Program-made: the position numbers and the translations under genes
Notes under the pieces: model-generated
Told to the model about the DNA's origin: nothing
What the model saw: the letters and a program-made list of their open reading frames with translations, nothing else
Databases searched by the model: none
From: an uncultured Christensenellaceae bacterium
Lineage (GTDB): Bacteria > Bacillota > Clostridia > Christensenellales > Pumilibacteraceae
Reading direction: 5' to 3'
Length of the DNA: 64,000 nt
Assembly: GCA_910587805.1 (NCBI GenBank)
Contig: CAJUNM010000002.1
Coordinates: 1,857-65,856, forward strand
Shown here: piece after piece, positions 43,354-52,391 of the stretch
Numbering within the stretch: the first letter of the stretch is position 1
How the letters are laid out: each line of letters opens with the position of its first letter

Positions 43354-43527
43354 TTAGCAGCAGCACTTATCTTTGCCGCCGCAGCAGCACATAACGATGT
43401 AAAGCAAGAGAATGTCTTGGCAGTCGATACCGCGCTTGCAACCGCAGTCGTTGCCGCCGCCGCAGCAGCACAAAAGCAACAACAGCGTGAGTATATCGCA
43501 GCCGCATCCGCAACCGTTGTTAAACAT
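43354..43527 (-). CDS. Small Cys-rich hydrophobic peptide (57 aa, 15 Cys)
   Basis: AAGGAGGA RBS 5 nt upstream of the ATG at 43527. Sequence MFNNGCGCGCDILTLLLLLCCCGGGNDCGCKRGIDCQDILLLYIVMCCCGGKDKCCC. Confidence 0.6.
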   Translation of the reverse strand: MFNNGCGCGCDILTLLLLLCCCGGGNDCGCKRGIDCQDILLLYIVMCCCGGKDKCCC

Positions 43528-43755
43528 GGCAGTCCTCCTTGAAAAATTTTTTATCGCCTCGCGCGTGTTTCGCACTCGACCGCAGCGCGGAACGATGTCG
43601 GGGCTTTTGCTTTTCCTTTCGGTACCTAAAGGTCGGGCATAAGTCCGTCGTCGCTCCGTGCCGCGACTGAGGCGAGCGAGCGATGTATTTCTTTCGTACG
43701 ACAAGCGCTTATCTATAATCAGTCTATGGGTTTTTCGGGAGAGTGTGCAAAATGT

Positions 43756-43784
43756 TTGCAAACTTTTTTTCGATATGTTATAAT
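43756..43784 (+). promoter_or_regulatory. SigA promoter: TTGCAA, 17 nt, TATAAT
   Basis: TTGCAA 43756-43761, TATAAT 43779-43784. Confidence 0.6.
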
Positions 43785-43875
43785 CGATATAAGGACGGCT
43801 CGATGAAGAGCGCCTGCTTTTTTTATTTAAGGCTATGGGCTATCGCGGTAAGCGCGAAGTCCAATAGAGGTGAAC

Positions 43876-44517
43876 ATGAAAATAAATACTCGTTCGATAA
43901 CGCTTGCGGCAACGCTGACGGCGCTTTGCGCCGTGTCGGGCGCAATGCCGTACGTATTCTTTCTGCCCGTCGCGGTCGCGGCGTCCACGCTGTCGTTGGG
44001 AACGGTCGCGTTCGTGGGGCTTGCGTTCGGCTGTATAAGTCTCGCATACTGTTTCGTAATGCCGGCGTCGGTTGTGTCGGTTGCGTTCGTGCAAGCGCCG
44101 TACATTGCGATATTGCCGAGAATAGCCGCGGCGCTCGTCGCGTTCGGCGTGTTCAAGCTGATGTGCAAACTGCTCAAAACGGACGTCGACGGCAAGCATG
44201 CCCGCGCTCGCCGCGCGGCGGCGTCGTCGGTTTCGGCGGCGTTCGGCAGCATAGCGAATACGGCTATAGTGATCGGCTTGCTCGTCGCGATCATGCCAGA
44301 GAGCGAAATGGGCGGCGTCACGGTTATAGCGTATGTGCCGACAATGCTCATATCGGGCGTTATAGAATGTGTTTGCATGGCGGCGCTCACTCCGCCGATC
44401 GCGCTTACGCTCGATAAATACGTTTTGAAAAAACGCAAAAAGCCGAGCGATAAAGCCGTGCCGACCGAACAAACCGAGCCGAACGCGAAAAAAACGCAAG
44501 GCGCGGATAAAATATAA
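43876..44517 (+). CDS. Probable ECF-transporter S component (possibly pantothenate-specific, PanT-like)
   Basis: N-terminus MKINTRSITLAATLTALCAV and 5-6 TM helices are typical of S components. Lies immediately upstream of coaX. Substrate is inferred only from context. Confidence 0.5.
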   Translation: MKINTRSITLAATLTALCAVSGAMPYVFFLPVAVAASTLSLGTVAFVGLAFGCISLAYCFVMPASVVSVAFVQAPYIAILPRIAAALVAFGVFKLMCKLLKTDVDGKHARARRAAASSVSAAFGSIANTAIVIGLLVAIMPESEMGGVTVIAYVPTMLISGVIECVCMAALTPPIALTLDKYVLKKRKKPSDKAVPTEQTEPNAKKTQGADKI

Positions 44518-44528
44518 GGATAAATATC

Positions 44529-45305
44529 ATGGTCATTGTTTTCGACATAGGAAATACGAATATAAAAATGGGCTTGTTCAACGGCGACGAGCTGGTGCAT
44601 ACCTTGCGCTTGGCGTCGAGCAACAAGACGGGCGACGAGTATTGGCTGCTGATCAAGGATATGCTCGCAGTAAAGAACGTGTCGGTCTCGGAACTCGAGG
44701 GCGCGGTCATAAGCTCGGTAAATCCCAATCTCAATTATACGATCGAGCACATGGTGCAAACGTATTTCGGATTCAAGCCGATGACGGTTGGCGCGGGGCT
44801 TAAAACGGGCATGAATATAAAGTACGACAACCCTAAAGAACTCGGCGCGGACAGAGTCGCGGGCTGCGTCGCGGCATACAGACTGTACGGCATACCGAAC
44901 GGCAAGCCGTGCATAATGATCGACTGCGGCACGGCTACCACGTTCAACGTTATAACCGAAAGAGGCGAACTGACGGGCGGTGCGATCTCGTTCGGTTTGA
45001 AGTCCGCTGCGGACTCGCTGTTCGCCGCCGCGGCAAAGCTGCCTAAAGTCGAGCTTGCCGTGCCGAAATCGGCGATCGGCAGAACTACGATAACAAATAT
45101 GCAGTCGGGTATAATATACGGCTATTCGGGCATGGTAGAATCCATGGTGCATAGGCTCAAGACCGAAGCGGGCATGCAAAACGCCGTCATCGTGGCTACG
45201 GGCGGCATATCCGATATAGTCAATAAATGCGTATCCGTAATAGACGTAGTAGACAGAACGCTCACTTTGCGCGGTCTGAATATCATATATAAATTGAACA
45301 AGTGA
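44529..45305 (+). CDS. coaX: Type III pantothenate kinase
   Basis: VFDIGNTNIK, GADR, IDCGTATTF. Confidence 0.9.
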   Translation: MVIVFDIGNTNIKMGLFNGDELVHTLRLASSNKTGDEYWLLIKDMLAVKNVSVSELEGAVISSVNPNLNYTIEHMVQTYFGFKPMTVGAGLKTGMNIKYDNPKELGADRVAGCVAAYRLYGIPNGKPCIMIDCGTATTFNVITERGELTGGAISFGLKSAADSLFAAAAKLPKVELAVPKSAIGRTTITNMQSGIIYGYSGMVESMVHRLKTEAGMQNAVIVATGGISDIVNKCVSVIDVVDRTLTLRGLNIIYKLNK

Positions 45306-45359
45306 CAGACGGCAAGCCTGATGGCATAGCTGCAATATCAACGGAAAAAGGAAAGCGAA

Positions 45360-46634
45360 ATGAAAAAACATAAAATAGCGATCATGGGTTTCGGCACCGT
45401 AGGCGGCGGAACGTACGACATACTGACGCAAAACCGCGATCATATCCGATCGACTCAAGGCGTCGATATAGAAGTAAAGTATGTACTCGACCGCAGTGCG
45501 GAGAGTCTCGAAAAGCGCGGCGCGGATAAATCGCTGTTCTGCTCCGACGTAGACGCGCTCGCCGCGGATAAAGAAGTAGAACTTGTCGTAGAAACGATGG
45601 GCGGGGTCGAGCCGGCAAAAACGTTTATAACCAAAATGCTCCGCGCCGGCAAGTCGGTGGTGACGGCAAACAAAGAACTGCTCGCAAAATCGTGGAGCGA
45701 GCTTGAGCCTATCGCGAAAGAAAACGGCTGCGGCTTGTTTTTCGAGGCGAGCTGCGTCGGCGGCGTGCCGATAGTGCGCGCGCTCGGCGAGAGTTTTCAA
45801 GGCGATAAGGTGCAAAGCATATACGGCATAATAAACGGCACTACCAACTATATCCTCAGCAAAATGAGCGCCGAGGGCGTGAGTTATTCGCAAGCGCTCG
45901 CGCAAGCTCAAGCGCTCGGCTTTGCCGAAGCGAACCCCACATCGGACGTGGAAGGTTACGACGCCGCGTATAAACTGTCCATACTCGGTTCGCTCGCGTT
46001 TCATACGAGCTTGCCGTATCAGAGCATATACCGCGAGGGTATAACGCGCGTGACCGCCGCGGATATAGTAAACGCGAAACGTCTCGGTTACGAGATAAAA
46101 CTTTTGGCGATAGGCAAGCGTTGCGGAAACGATATAGAAGCGCGAGTGCACCCCGTATTCGTGGAGAAAAACCACCCGTTGGCGTCGGTGTCGGGCGCGT
46201 TCAACGCGGTATATCTGCACGGCGATTTCGTGGGCGATCTCATGTTTTACGGCGCGGGCGCGGGCGCGCACCCGACGGGCAGCGCGATAGTGTCCGACAT
46301 AGTAAAAGCGCTTTGCGGCAAGCCGACGTACTGCGATTTCGACAATAACGGCAAGCTCGATAAGTCGGTAAACCTTGTCGGGGATTTCTTGAGCGGATAC
46401 TATATCTGCGTAACCGTCGACGATAAAGCGGGCGTGCTTAGTCGAATATCGACGATATTGAGCGATAACGGCGTGAGCATCAAAGCGGCTACGCAAGTAC
46501 CGAGCGACGGCAACGCGGCTACGGTCGTGTTTTTAACGCACCCGTCGCGCGAACATTCGGTAATGCGTTCGCTCGAATCGATAGGCAAGCTCGCGTCCGT
46601 GCGCAATATAGATTCCGTGATCCGCGTTTTGTAA
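45360..46634 (+). CDS. hom: Homoserine dehydrogenase with C-terminal ACT domain
   Basis: IMGFGTVGGG, TANKELLA, FEASCVGGVPI, ACT-like tail. Confidence 0.9.
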   Translation: MKKHKIAIMGFGTVGGGTYDILTQNRDHIRSTQGVDIEVKYVLDRSAESLEKRGADKSLFCSDVDALAADKEVELVVETMGGVEPAKTFITKMLRAGKSVVTANKELLAKSWSELEPIAKENGCGLFFEASCVGGVPIVRALGESFQGDKVQSIYGIINGTTNYILSKMSAEGVSYSQALAQAQALGFAEANPTSDVEGYDAAYKLSILGSLAFHTSLPYQSIYREGITRVTAADIVNAKRLGYEIKLLAIGKRCGNDIEARVHPVFVEKNHPLASVSGAFNAVYLHGDFVGDLMFYGAGAGAHPTGSAIVSDIVKALCGKPTYCDFDNNGKLDKSVNLVGDFLSGYYICVTVDDKAGVLSRISTILSDNGVSIKAATQVPSDGNAATVVFLTHPSREHSVMRSLESIGKLASVRNIDSVIRVL

Positions 46635-46652
46635 ATTGCGAAACGTGAAATT

Positions 46653-46713
46653 CGGCGGCTGTCGCCGCATTAAAATTTAGATCCTTCGATACGCAGAAAA
46701 CGCTCGGGATTAC
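46653..46713 (+). repeat. Dispersed intergenic repeat, copy e
   Basis: CGGCGGCTGTCGCCGCATTAAAATTTAGATCCTTCGATACGCAGAAAACGCTCGGGATTAC. A degenerate inverted partner lies at about 46722-46781. Confidence 0.7.
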
Positions 46714-46893
46714 AAAAAACGCGCGCATGAGCCGAAGAATGCCGAGCCTTACATAATAAGCCGCGGCGATAGGCATAATAGAAATACCAAAACTTTTGCA
46801 AAGTAGCGTTAAAATGTTTGACAAACATCGCGGTACATTGTATACTTTATAAGTATGTTTTTACTTAACTTTCGGTAGGAGAAAGTCGATTAA

Positions 46894-49800
46894 ATGAAAA
46901 AGTCAGTTAAACTCAAGAAATTCGGGCTCACTACAGTAACACTGTTTGTTTGCTTGGCGGTAATGTTGACGTGTTTTGCGTTCACGTTCCCGAGCTTTTC
47001 GGCATTTGCCGCAGAAACGCCTACGCCGCTCGTGAGCGGCGTCAAGGTCGTGGATAAATGCGATTACGGCGATAGCTTTACCGTTACCGTTCCTACGGAA
47101 TCGGGCGTCAAAGTGGCGGTAACGTCTCCCGACGGCAAGACCAAGGTCGATACCGAGATAGGAACAGCCGCAAACGGCGAATATACGGTCAAAGCTACTC
47201 AAACGGGCAGCTATACCGTTACGTACTTCAAAGGCGACACTCTTGCCGAGGCGACCGCAAAATACGATTTCCGCGTATACGTATCGCTCGACGAGGAATA
47301 TTTCCTTCGCGTCGACGATAAGGGCGCGGATATACCCACGTATATCAAAACGGGCGGCAAGTTCACTCTTCCCGATGCGGGCGTTTATTATTACGACGAA
47401 AACAAGATACTTCGCGAGTATGCCGGAGCAAATATAACCATCACTTCCGGCGATACCAAAACTCCTTATTCGGTCGGCGACGAGATCAACTGCTCGACTA
47501 ACGGCAAAATGTTCTTTACGTACACCGCGCAACTCGGCGCAGACGGCAGCAAGCACATGAGCCAAACGTTTACCGTGAACGTACAGGATACGTTCGAGGA
47601 CGTTTCCCGCCCTACGCTCACCGTTGCGGGCGTAAGCAGCAATATTTCCGTAAAGCGTCCCGTCACGCTCCCCAAAGCGACTGCGACCGACGATTTCGAC
47701 CAAAATATCAAGATCAAGATCACCGTTAAAGGTCCCGATTCTCAACCCGTTCGCGTAGTCGACGTAGACGAGGACGGTTACGGTTATCAAAAGCAGGTCG
47801 AAGGCGACTATACGCAAGAAGACTTCGATCGCGACTATCCCGTCGCAGTGTTCGATAACGACGAAGCCATGGTATTCTATCCCATGACTGAAGGCGATTA
47901 CACCGTCGAATACGTTGCCGAAGACGACAGCGAAAAAGAATCCGCGCGCCGCACGTTCACCATGAGAGCGAGCGACCGCGTAGCGCCTGTATTCAAAGAA
48001 ATCGCAGAGGACGCCATTCCCGAAAAATGGGGCATGAGCGTATACAGCGACAGCGAAAAGACAAACAAGCTCGATAACAGCGGAAAAATAACGTTCACCG
48101 TTCCCACGATCGTGGATAACAAGAGCCACGTTTGGACGGAAGGCGACGAGAGCGACGATCTTATAGATTTGTTGTTCCGTATAACCGACGCCGATAACAA
48201 CCGCACCGTCGTAGAGTTCTCTGACATACTTGCCGACAGATCCGACGACAGCAAAAAAAGCGGCTGGTCGAAGAAGGGTAACAGCACTTACGCCGACGGC
48301 GAAGATATCGAATTCGATTTGACGAACGGCTTCACGTTTGATTTCTCTAAGTACGACAGAAAAGACAGCAACGGCAATACCGCCGAGAGCAAAGCCGGTT
48401 CTTACACCGTTTACTTCCGTGCGGGAGACAAAGCGGGTAACCACTCGTCCAAGTCCTACACGATAACGCTCGAAAACGAGTATGTCGACTCCGTTGCGCC
48501 GGTTATCGAGGATCTTGACGTTCAGCCGTATATTTCCACGGGCGAAAGCTTTACCGTTCCCGCGCCCGTAGCCACGGATGCGAACGACAGCCGCCTTACC
48601 ATAGAGTATTCGTTGGTATCCGGCGATAAATCCGTTACCGTCAAGGGCGGAGAAAAAGCCGAGTTCAAGACAGTCGATACCGCGACGTATCTCGTTTTGG
48701 ACGAAGACGAGGAAGAGAAGAATTGGCTCGAGATCGCAGCCGATAAAAACCTGTACTTCGTTATCAAAGCGACCGACGATGTGGGTAACGTCACTTATAA
48801 CACTAAAGACAATTCCGCAACTGCCGCTCAATCCAAGACCGTCATGAATATAATCGACGGCGCGATCAAGACTGGCGCGGAGCAAAGCGCGCTCAAAGTA
48901 GACGGTATCGAATTTACCGGCGAAAAGAAAGTAGGCAAGATCATGGAAGCGGGCAGCTTCACTGTCGAGACCACTAACGCAATGCGCAAGTATACCGGTT
49001 TTGAAGTAGGCGTATATAACGAAAACGGCAACGCCGTCAACGTAGAACTCACCACGTATACTACCGTCGACAAAGATGCTGATAAAGCAGTCATTCATGT
49101 GGACAACATAAAGATCGAACCCACCACCGCAGGCAAGCACACCATGGTCGTGCGCGCGTTCAACGTCAACGGTTATTCCGCTGTCAACGTGTACAGCTTT
49201 GATGTAGCCGAATCCGGCAACAATCAGGGCGGCACCGGTTCGGCGTCTACCATCGGCACGAGCGGTTCGATAAACACGACTTACAAACTCCATAATGAGA
49301 GCATAGAAAACATCGGCGAGGCAGGCAAAACTTATTGCGTGGTTCGTAAGATCAATTCGAGCAGCGTATATGCGCTTATGGGCAGCGAGATAACGTTCAA
49401 AACCCAAGGCTCCGCGCGTATTCAAGACGGTTACAGCGAAGTTATCTCAGGCTCTATCGGTACGTTTGTTCCCTATGGCGCGGACGACGGCAAGTACACC
49501 GTTTCGGTGACCGATACCGATGTGCCCGTTATCGAGGCGCAGGGCGTTGCTCCCACGTATTCCGAAAAGAACGTCGAAGTGGTTATGCCTTCTGTGATCG
49601 GCTACAACAAGAACGGTCCTGCGGAGATCAAGGTCAGCGTAAGCGCATCCAAAGGCTCCAACCCGAAAGCGACGCTCAACGACAATAACCAATATGTATT
49701 CACTCCTACCGAGGACGGTACGTATACCGTAACGTACACCGCTGTTGCGGGTAACGGCAAAGACGCTACCGCGTCGTACACCATCACCGTCGGCGACGTG

Positions 49801-50250
49801 AAAGGTCCCGAGTTCAGCCGTGTCGACGGCACTAAACCGAGCGACAAGATCCGCGTCGGCTCTACGTTCAAGTTCGACAAGGTTGCCGTTATAGACGAGG
49901 ACAACACCACCGACTTCAGAGTGACAAAGAAATTGTACGACCCGACGGGCGCCGTAGTGTCGAGCGCTACCGTCACAGGCTCTTACAACAGCTATAAAGA
50001 CGTACAGCAACCCGACGACGACACCGATATCAAGCTTACCATGAGCGGCGATTATATCGTAGAGTATATAGTCAGCGACAAGGCGGGCAACGAAACGACT
50101 CAGCGCGTCAAAATCTCCGTAGTGAGCAAAGGCTCGGGCAAAGCCAAAACCTTTACCGGTCTTTCCATCGCTCTCACGGTTATTGCGGTTGTGCTCCTCG
50201 CAGGCGTCATCATCTATGTAGTACGTTTCCGCAAAGTAAAGAGCAAGTAA
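46894..50250 (+). CDS. Large cell-surface protein: signal peptide, multiple Ig-like beta-sandwich modules, C-terminal TM anchor
   Basis: Signal peptide ending SAFAAE. Recurring D(K/D)(A/V)GN motifs (DKAGNHSS, DDVGNVT, DKAGNETT). TM helix plus RFRKVKSK at the C-terminus. Confidence 0.8.
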   Translation: MKKSVKLKKFGLTTVTLFVCLAVMLTCFAFTFPSFSAFAAETPTPLVSGVKVVDKCDYGDSFTVTVPTESGVKVAVTSPDGKTKVDTEIGTAANGEYTVKATQTGSYTVTYFKGDTLAEATAKYDFRVYVSLDEEYFLRVDDKGADIPTYIKTGGKFTLPDAGVYYYDENKILREYAGANITITSGDTKTPYSVGDEINCSTNGKMFFTYTAQLGADGSKHMSQTFTVNVQDTFEDVSRPTLTVAGVSSNISVKRPVTLPKATATDDFDQNIKIKITVKGPDSQPVRVVDVDEDGYGYQKQVEGDYTQEDFDRDYPVAVFDNDEAMVFYPMTEGDYTVEYVAEDDSEKESARRTFTMRASDRVAPVFKEIAEDAIPEKWGMSVYSDSEKTNKLDNSGKITFTVPTIVDNKSHVWTEGDESDDLIDLLFRITDADNNRTVVEFSDILADRSDDSKKSGWSKKGNSTYADGEDIEFDLTNGFTFDFSKYDRKDSNGNTAESKAGSYTVYFRAGDKAGNHSSKSYTITLENEYVDSVAPVIEDLDVQPYISTGESFTVPAPVATDANDSRLTIEYSLVSGDKSVTVKGGEKAEFKTVDTATYLVLDEDEEEKNWLEIAADKNLYFVIKATDDVGNVTYNTKDNSATAAQSKTVMNIIDGAIKTGAEQSALKVDGIEFTGEKKVGKIMEAGSFTVETTNAMRKYTGFEVGVYNENGNAVNVELTTYTTVDKDADKAVIHVDNIKIEPTTAGKHTMVVRAFNVNGYSAVNVYSFDVAESGNNQGGTGSASTIGTSGSINTTYKLHNESIENIGEAGKTYCVVRKINSSSVYALMGSEITFKTQGSARIQDGYSEVISGSIGTFVPYGADDGKYTVSVTDTDVPVIEAQGVAPTYSEKNVEVVMPSVIGYNKNGPAEIKVSVSASKGSNPKATLNDNNQYVFTPTEDGTYTVTYTAVAGNGKDATASYTITVGDVKGPEFSRVDGTKPSDKIRVGSTFKFDKVAVIDEDNTTDFRVTKKLYDPTGAVVSSATVTGSYNSYKDVQQPDDDTDIKLTMSGDYIVEYIVSDKAGNETTQRVKISVVSKGSGKAKTFTGLSIALTVIAVVLLAGVIIYVVRFRKVKSK

Positions 50251-50263
50251 AGTAATATCAGGT

Positions 50264-50294
50264 TATAAGCGGCTTATGCCGCTTATAATTTTTA
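50264..50294 (+). terminator. Rho-independent terminator
   Basis: TATAAGCGGC / GCCGCTTATA stem, loop TTAT, then ATTTTTAT. Confidence 0.75.
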
Positions 50295-50576
50295 TGCCGG
50301 GCGGGGCGTTTCCCGCCCAATGAAATTGACCGATATAGGCGGCATAGAAGATTACTGTTTACTTGATGCAAAGAGCAAAAACGCTTGTGCTCTGTCACGG
50401 ATTGCAAGCATAGCGTATCATATCTAAAAGCCTAAGGGCATGATACCGTATATTTTGAATAAGATAAATGCAGTTGATAGACTTTATCAACGATCCTGCG
50501 GATGCGGATCACTCGATTTCAGCGCGTGATCGGAATAAAAAATAACAAAAACATAAAATTATCTAAAAGGAAGTTT

Positions 50577-52268
50577 ATGGATAATATCAGGTACAATATA
50601 TCGCCGTGTATGGCGAACGAGGCTAAGCGTTTTGTAGAGAACCTCGACGAAACGCTGTACAGTCCGCGCAATACCGTAATGGCGGACGAAAAGTCGCATT
50701 ACGACAGATATTCTTTTTTGCGCGGCGAGAGTAAAGTTGCGGTAGTGTACGATACTTCGGCTCAAGTAATATCTATCACCGCGTCGCAGGAATATGCCGA
50801 CGAATTACTGCGCTTGTTCAAGCCTGCGGATTTTCAAACTATAAAGCGTTCGACCGTGCCCGCTCAAGGTTCGCAGCGCACCGTGATAAAAAATCAAAAA
50901 CCGATATACTCGGAAACGGAGAACGGCGACGTCAGAGCAAAGGTATTCGTTGCGCCGCGCCCCGCATCCAAACCGTACGGCGCAACCGTGATCGCCACAT
51001 CGAAGGGGGCGGAATTATTCACGGACGAAATATTCCCGCCGCAACGCGCCAAAAAGAAATCGACGGCAGAGATCAAGAACACGTCGTATTCGCGCATAGT
51101 AGACGATTATAACGGAACGGTGCGCGAGCGCAGAGCGGTCGAGCCTACACTGACGGGGATATCCTCGAGAATAAGGAAATCCGAGTCGGAGCTTGCTCCC
51201 ACCCCTATATCGGGTCTGAACATTTCCGCCGCGAGCGGCAGCAAAACAGCTCCGCGCCGTGCGGTGATCTCGTTCGGCGACGAGGAAGATTACAAGACCA
51301 AGCAACGTAGCGTCGCGCCCAAGAACGGAACGGGCAACTTCGGCGGCTTGACTTCCGCGCAGTCCGCAGGCACGGCGCAGCACGACGCGCCGCAAGCGGT
51401 CAAGCGTCGCGGCAGACCGCCCAAGACCGCGCCTGCGACGGCTACAGCGGACGTGTACGTGCCCGAATATAAAAGCGTCACGGCTAAAGCCTCGCAGAAC
51501 GTATTGACGCGCTTGCTTAACGAACTCAAGCGCGGCGGCGCGCGTATAGCCGTAGAAACGGGCAACGCGGGCGAATTTAATTATACCGTCACGGACAAAG
51601 GACAAAAAGCGACGGTCAAGTACTCGCAGCCTGCGGAAACGATATTGTTGCAAGGCAAGCAAAGCGAGCTGTACGCGAAGATCGCATCTATCATGACCAA
51701 GCTCGACGGCGCGGCGTCGGAGTCTGCGGAAAAGCCCGCTAAATCGGCGCAAGCTTCCGCCGCTCGCAATGCCGCGGATAAAGCGTTGAAACAGCGTTTG
51801 CCTACGGCGTACGAGTTTTTGTCGGAGCAATCGCGTCTCGATTTTTTGTACGGCTTGAACGACTTTTCAAAACGGAATTTGCAACCGTCCGATTACTCGG
51901 TGCTGCTCGTGCCGCCGTTCCGCGGTCTCGAACGGTTCGTGTTCGATCTGCAACGCGCCGAGGGGATAAAAGTCAAAATGATCGGGCAGGCGTTCGATAA
52001 GGATGCGGACGGCAAGTACGTGCTCAAAAGCGGTTATACGCAGCGCATAGGCAGCGTCGTGTATGCGGAAGTCATGGTGGCGTTGTATACGGAATACTTT
52101 TCTCAACGCAATTTCTTTGCTCATTCGGATAACAGCGACGATAACGTGTCGCGTTCGATAACCGATCGCAATACCGCAAAGGCGATATTCGACAGACTGC
52201 TTGCCGTTGTGGAATACAATGCGAAAAAGCTCAAAGAAATCGGCTTCGACATGACGCCGAAAGAGTGA
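50577..52268 (+). CDS. RnlA/LsoA-like HEPN-domain protein with internal low-complexity AT-hook region
   Basis: AAAGGAAG RBS before ATG 50577. Colinear with E. coli RnlA blocks (two TBP-like modules, C-terminal ...PPFRGLERFVF...YTEYFSQRNFFAHSD with R-x4-H). KRRGRPPK AT-hook. Confidence 0.6.
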   Translation: MDNIRYNISPCMANEAKRFVENLDETLYSPRNTVMADEKSHYDRYSFLRGESKVAVVYDTSAQVISITASQEYADELLRLFKPADFQTIKRSTVPAQGSQRTVIKNQKPIYSETENGDVRAKVFVAPRPASKPYGATVIATSKGAELFTDEIFPPQRAKKKSTAEIKNTSYSRIVDDYNGTVRERRAVEPTLTGISSRIRKSESELAPTPISGLNISAASGSKTAPRRAVISFGDEEDYKTKQRSVAPKNGTGNFGGLTSAQSAGTAQHDAPQAVKRRGRPPKTAPATATADVYVPEYKSVTAKASQNVLTRLLNELKRGGARIAVETGNAGEFNYTVTDKGQKATVKYSQPAETILLQGKQSELYAKIASIMTKLDGAASESAEKPAKSAQASAARNAADKALKQRLPTAYEFLSEQSRLDFLYGLNDFSKRNLQPSDYSVLLVPPFRGLERFVFDLQRAEGIKVKMIGQAFDKDADGKYVLKSGYTQRIGSVVYAEVMVALYTEYFSQRNFFAHSDNSDDNVSRSITDRNTAKAIFDRLLAVVEYNAKKLKEIGFDMTPKE

Positions 52269-52391
52269 GAGCGCTTGCGATCGCTTTGCAATCGGCGGTT
52301 ATAAACAGCCGAATAAGCCGAGCTGAATTTTAATACTCGGTTCGATACTTAACTAACAATCGAAAAACCAAAAGGAGGAGCATCCGCTCTG

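Noticed and set aside
43528-43761. N-terminal extension giving a 135-aa version of the Cys-rich ORF.
   Set aside because: The extension is Arg-rich with no RBS, whereas the internal ATG at 43527 has a perfect AAGGAGGA RBS.
43785-43875. Possible attenuator or riboswitch in the ~90-nt leader of the ECF-S/coaX operon (T7 run at about 43823-43829).
   Set aside because: The stem preceding the T-run is only about 5 bp with a bulge. No recognisable riboswitch consensus is present, so it is too weak to call.
43833-46496. 887-aa minus-strand ORF spanning the ECF-S, coaX and hom genes.
   Set aside because: It runs antisense across three motif-supported genes and their intergenic regions. Low-complexity Arg-rich translation and no RBS.
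46903-49425. 840-aa minus-strand ORF antisense to the surface protein gene.
   Set aside because: The sense strand has a signal peptide, repeated Ig-like modules and a TM anchor. The antisense product has no features.
50502-50576. Upstream ATG 50502 as the start of the RnlA-like gene.
   Set aside because: No RBS is present, and the segment translates as basic low-complexity sequence through palindromic, operator-like DNA. ATG 50577 has an AAAGGAAG RBS.
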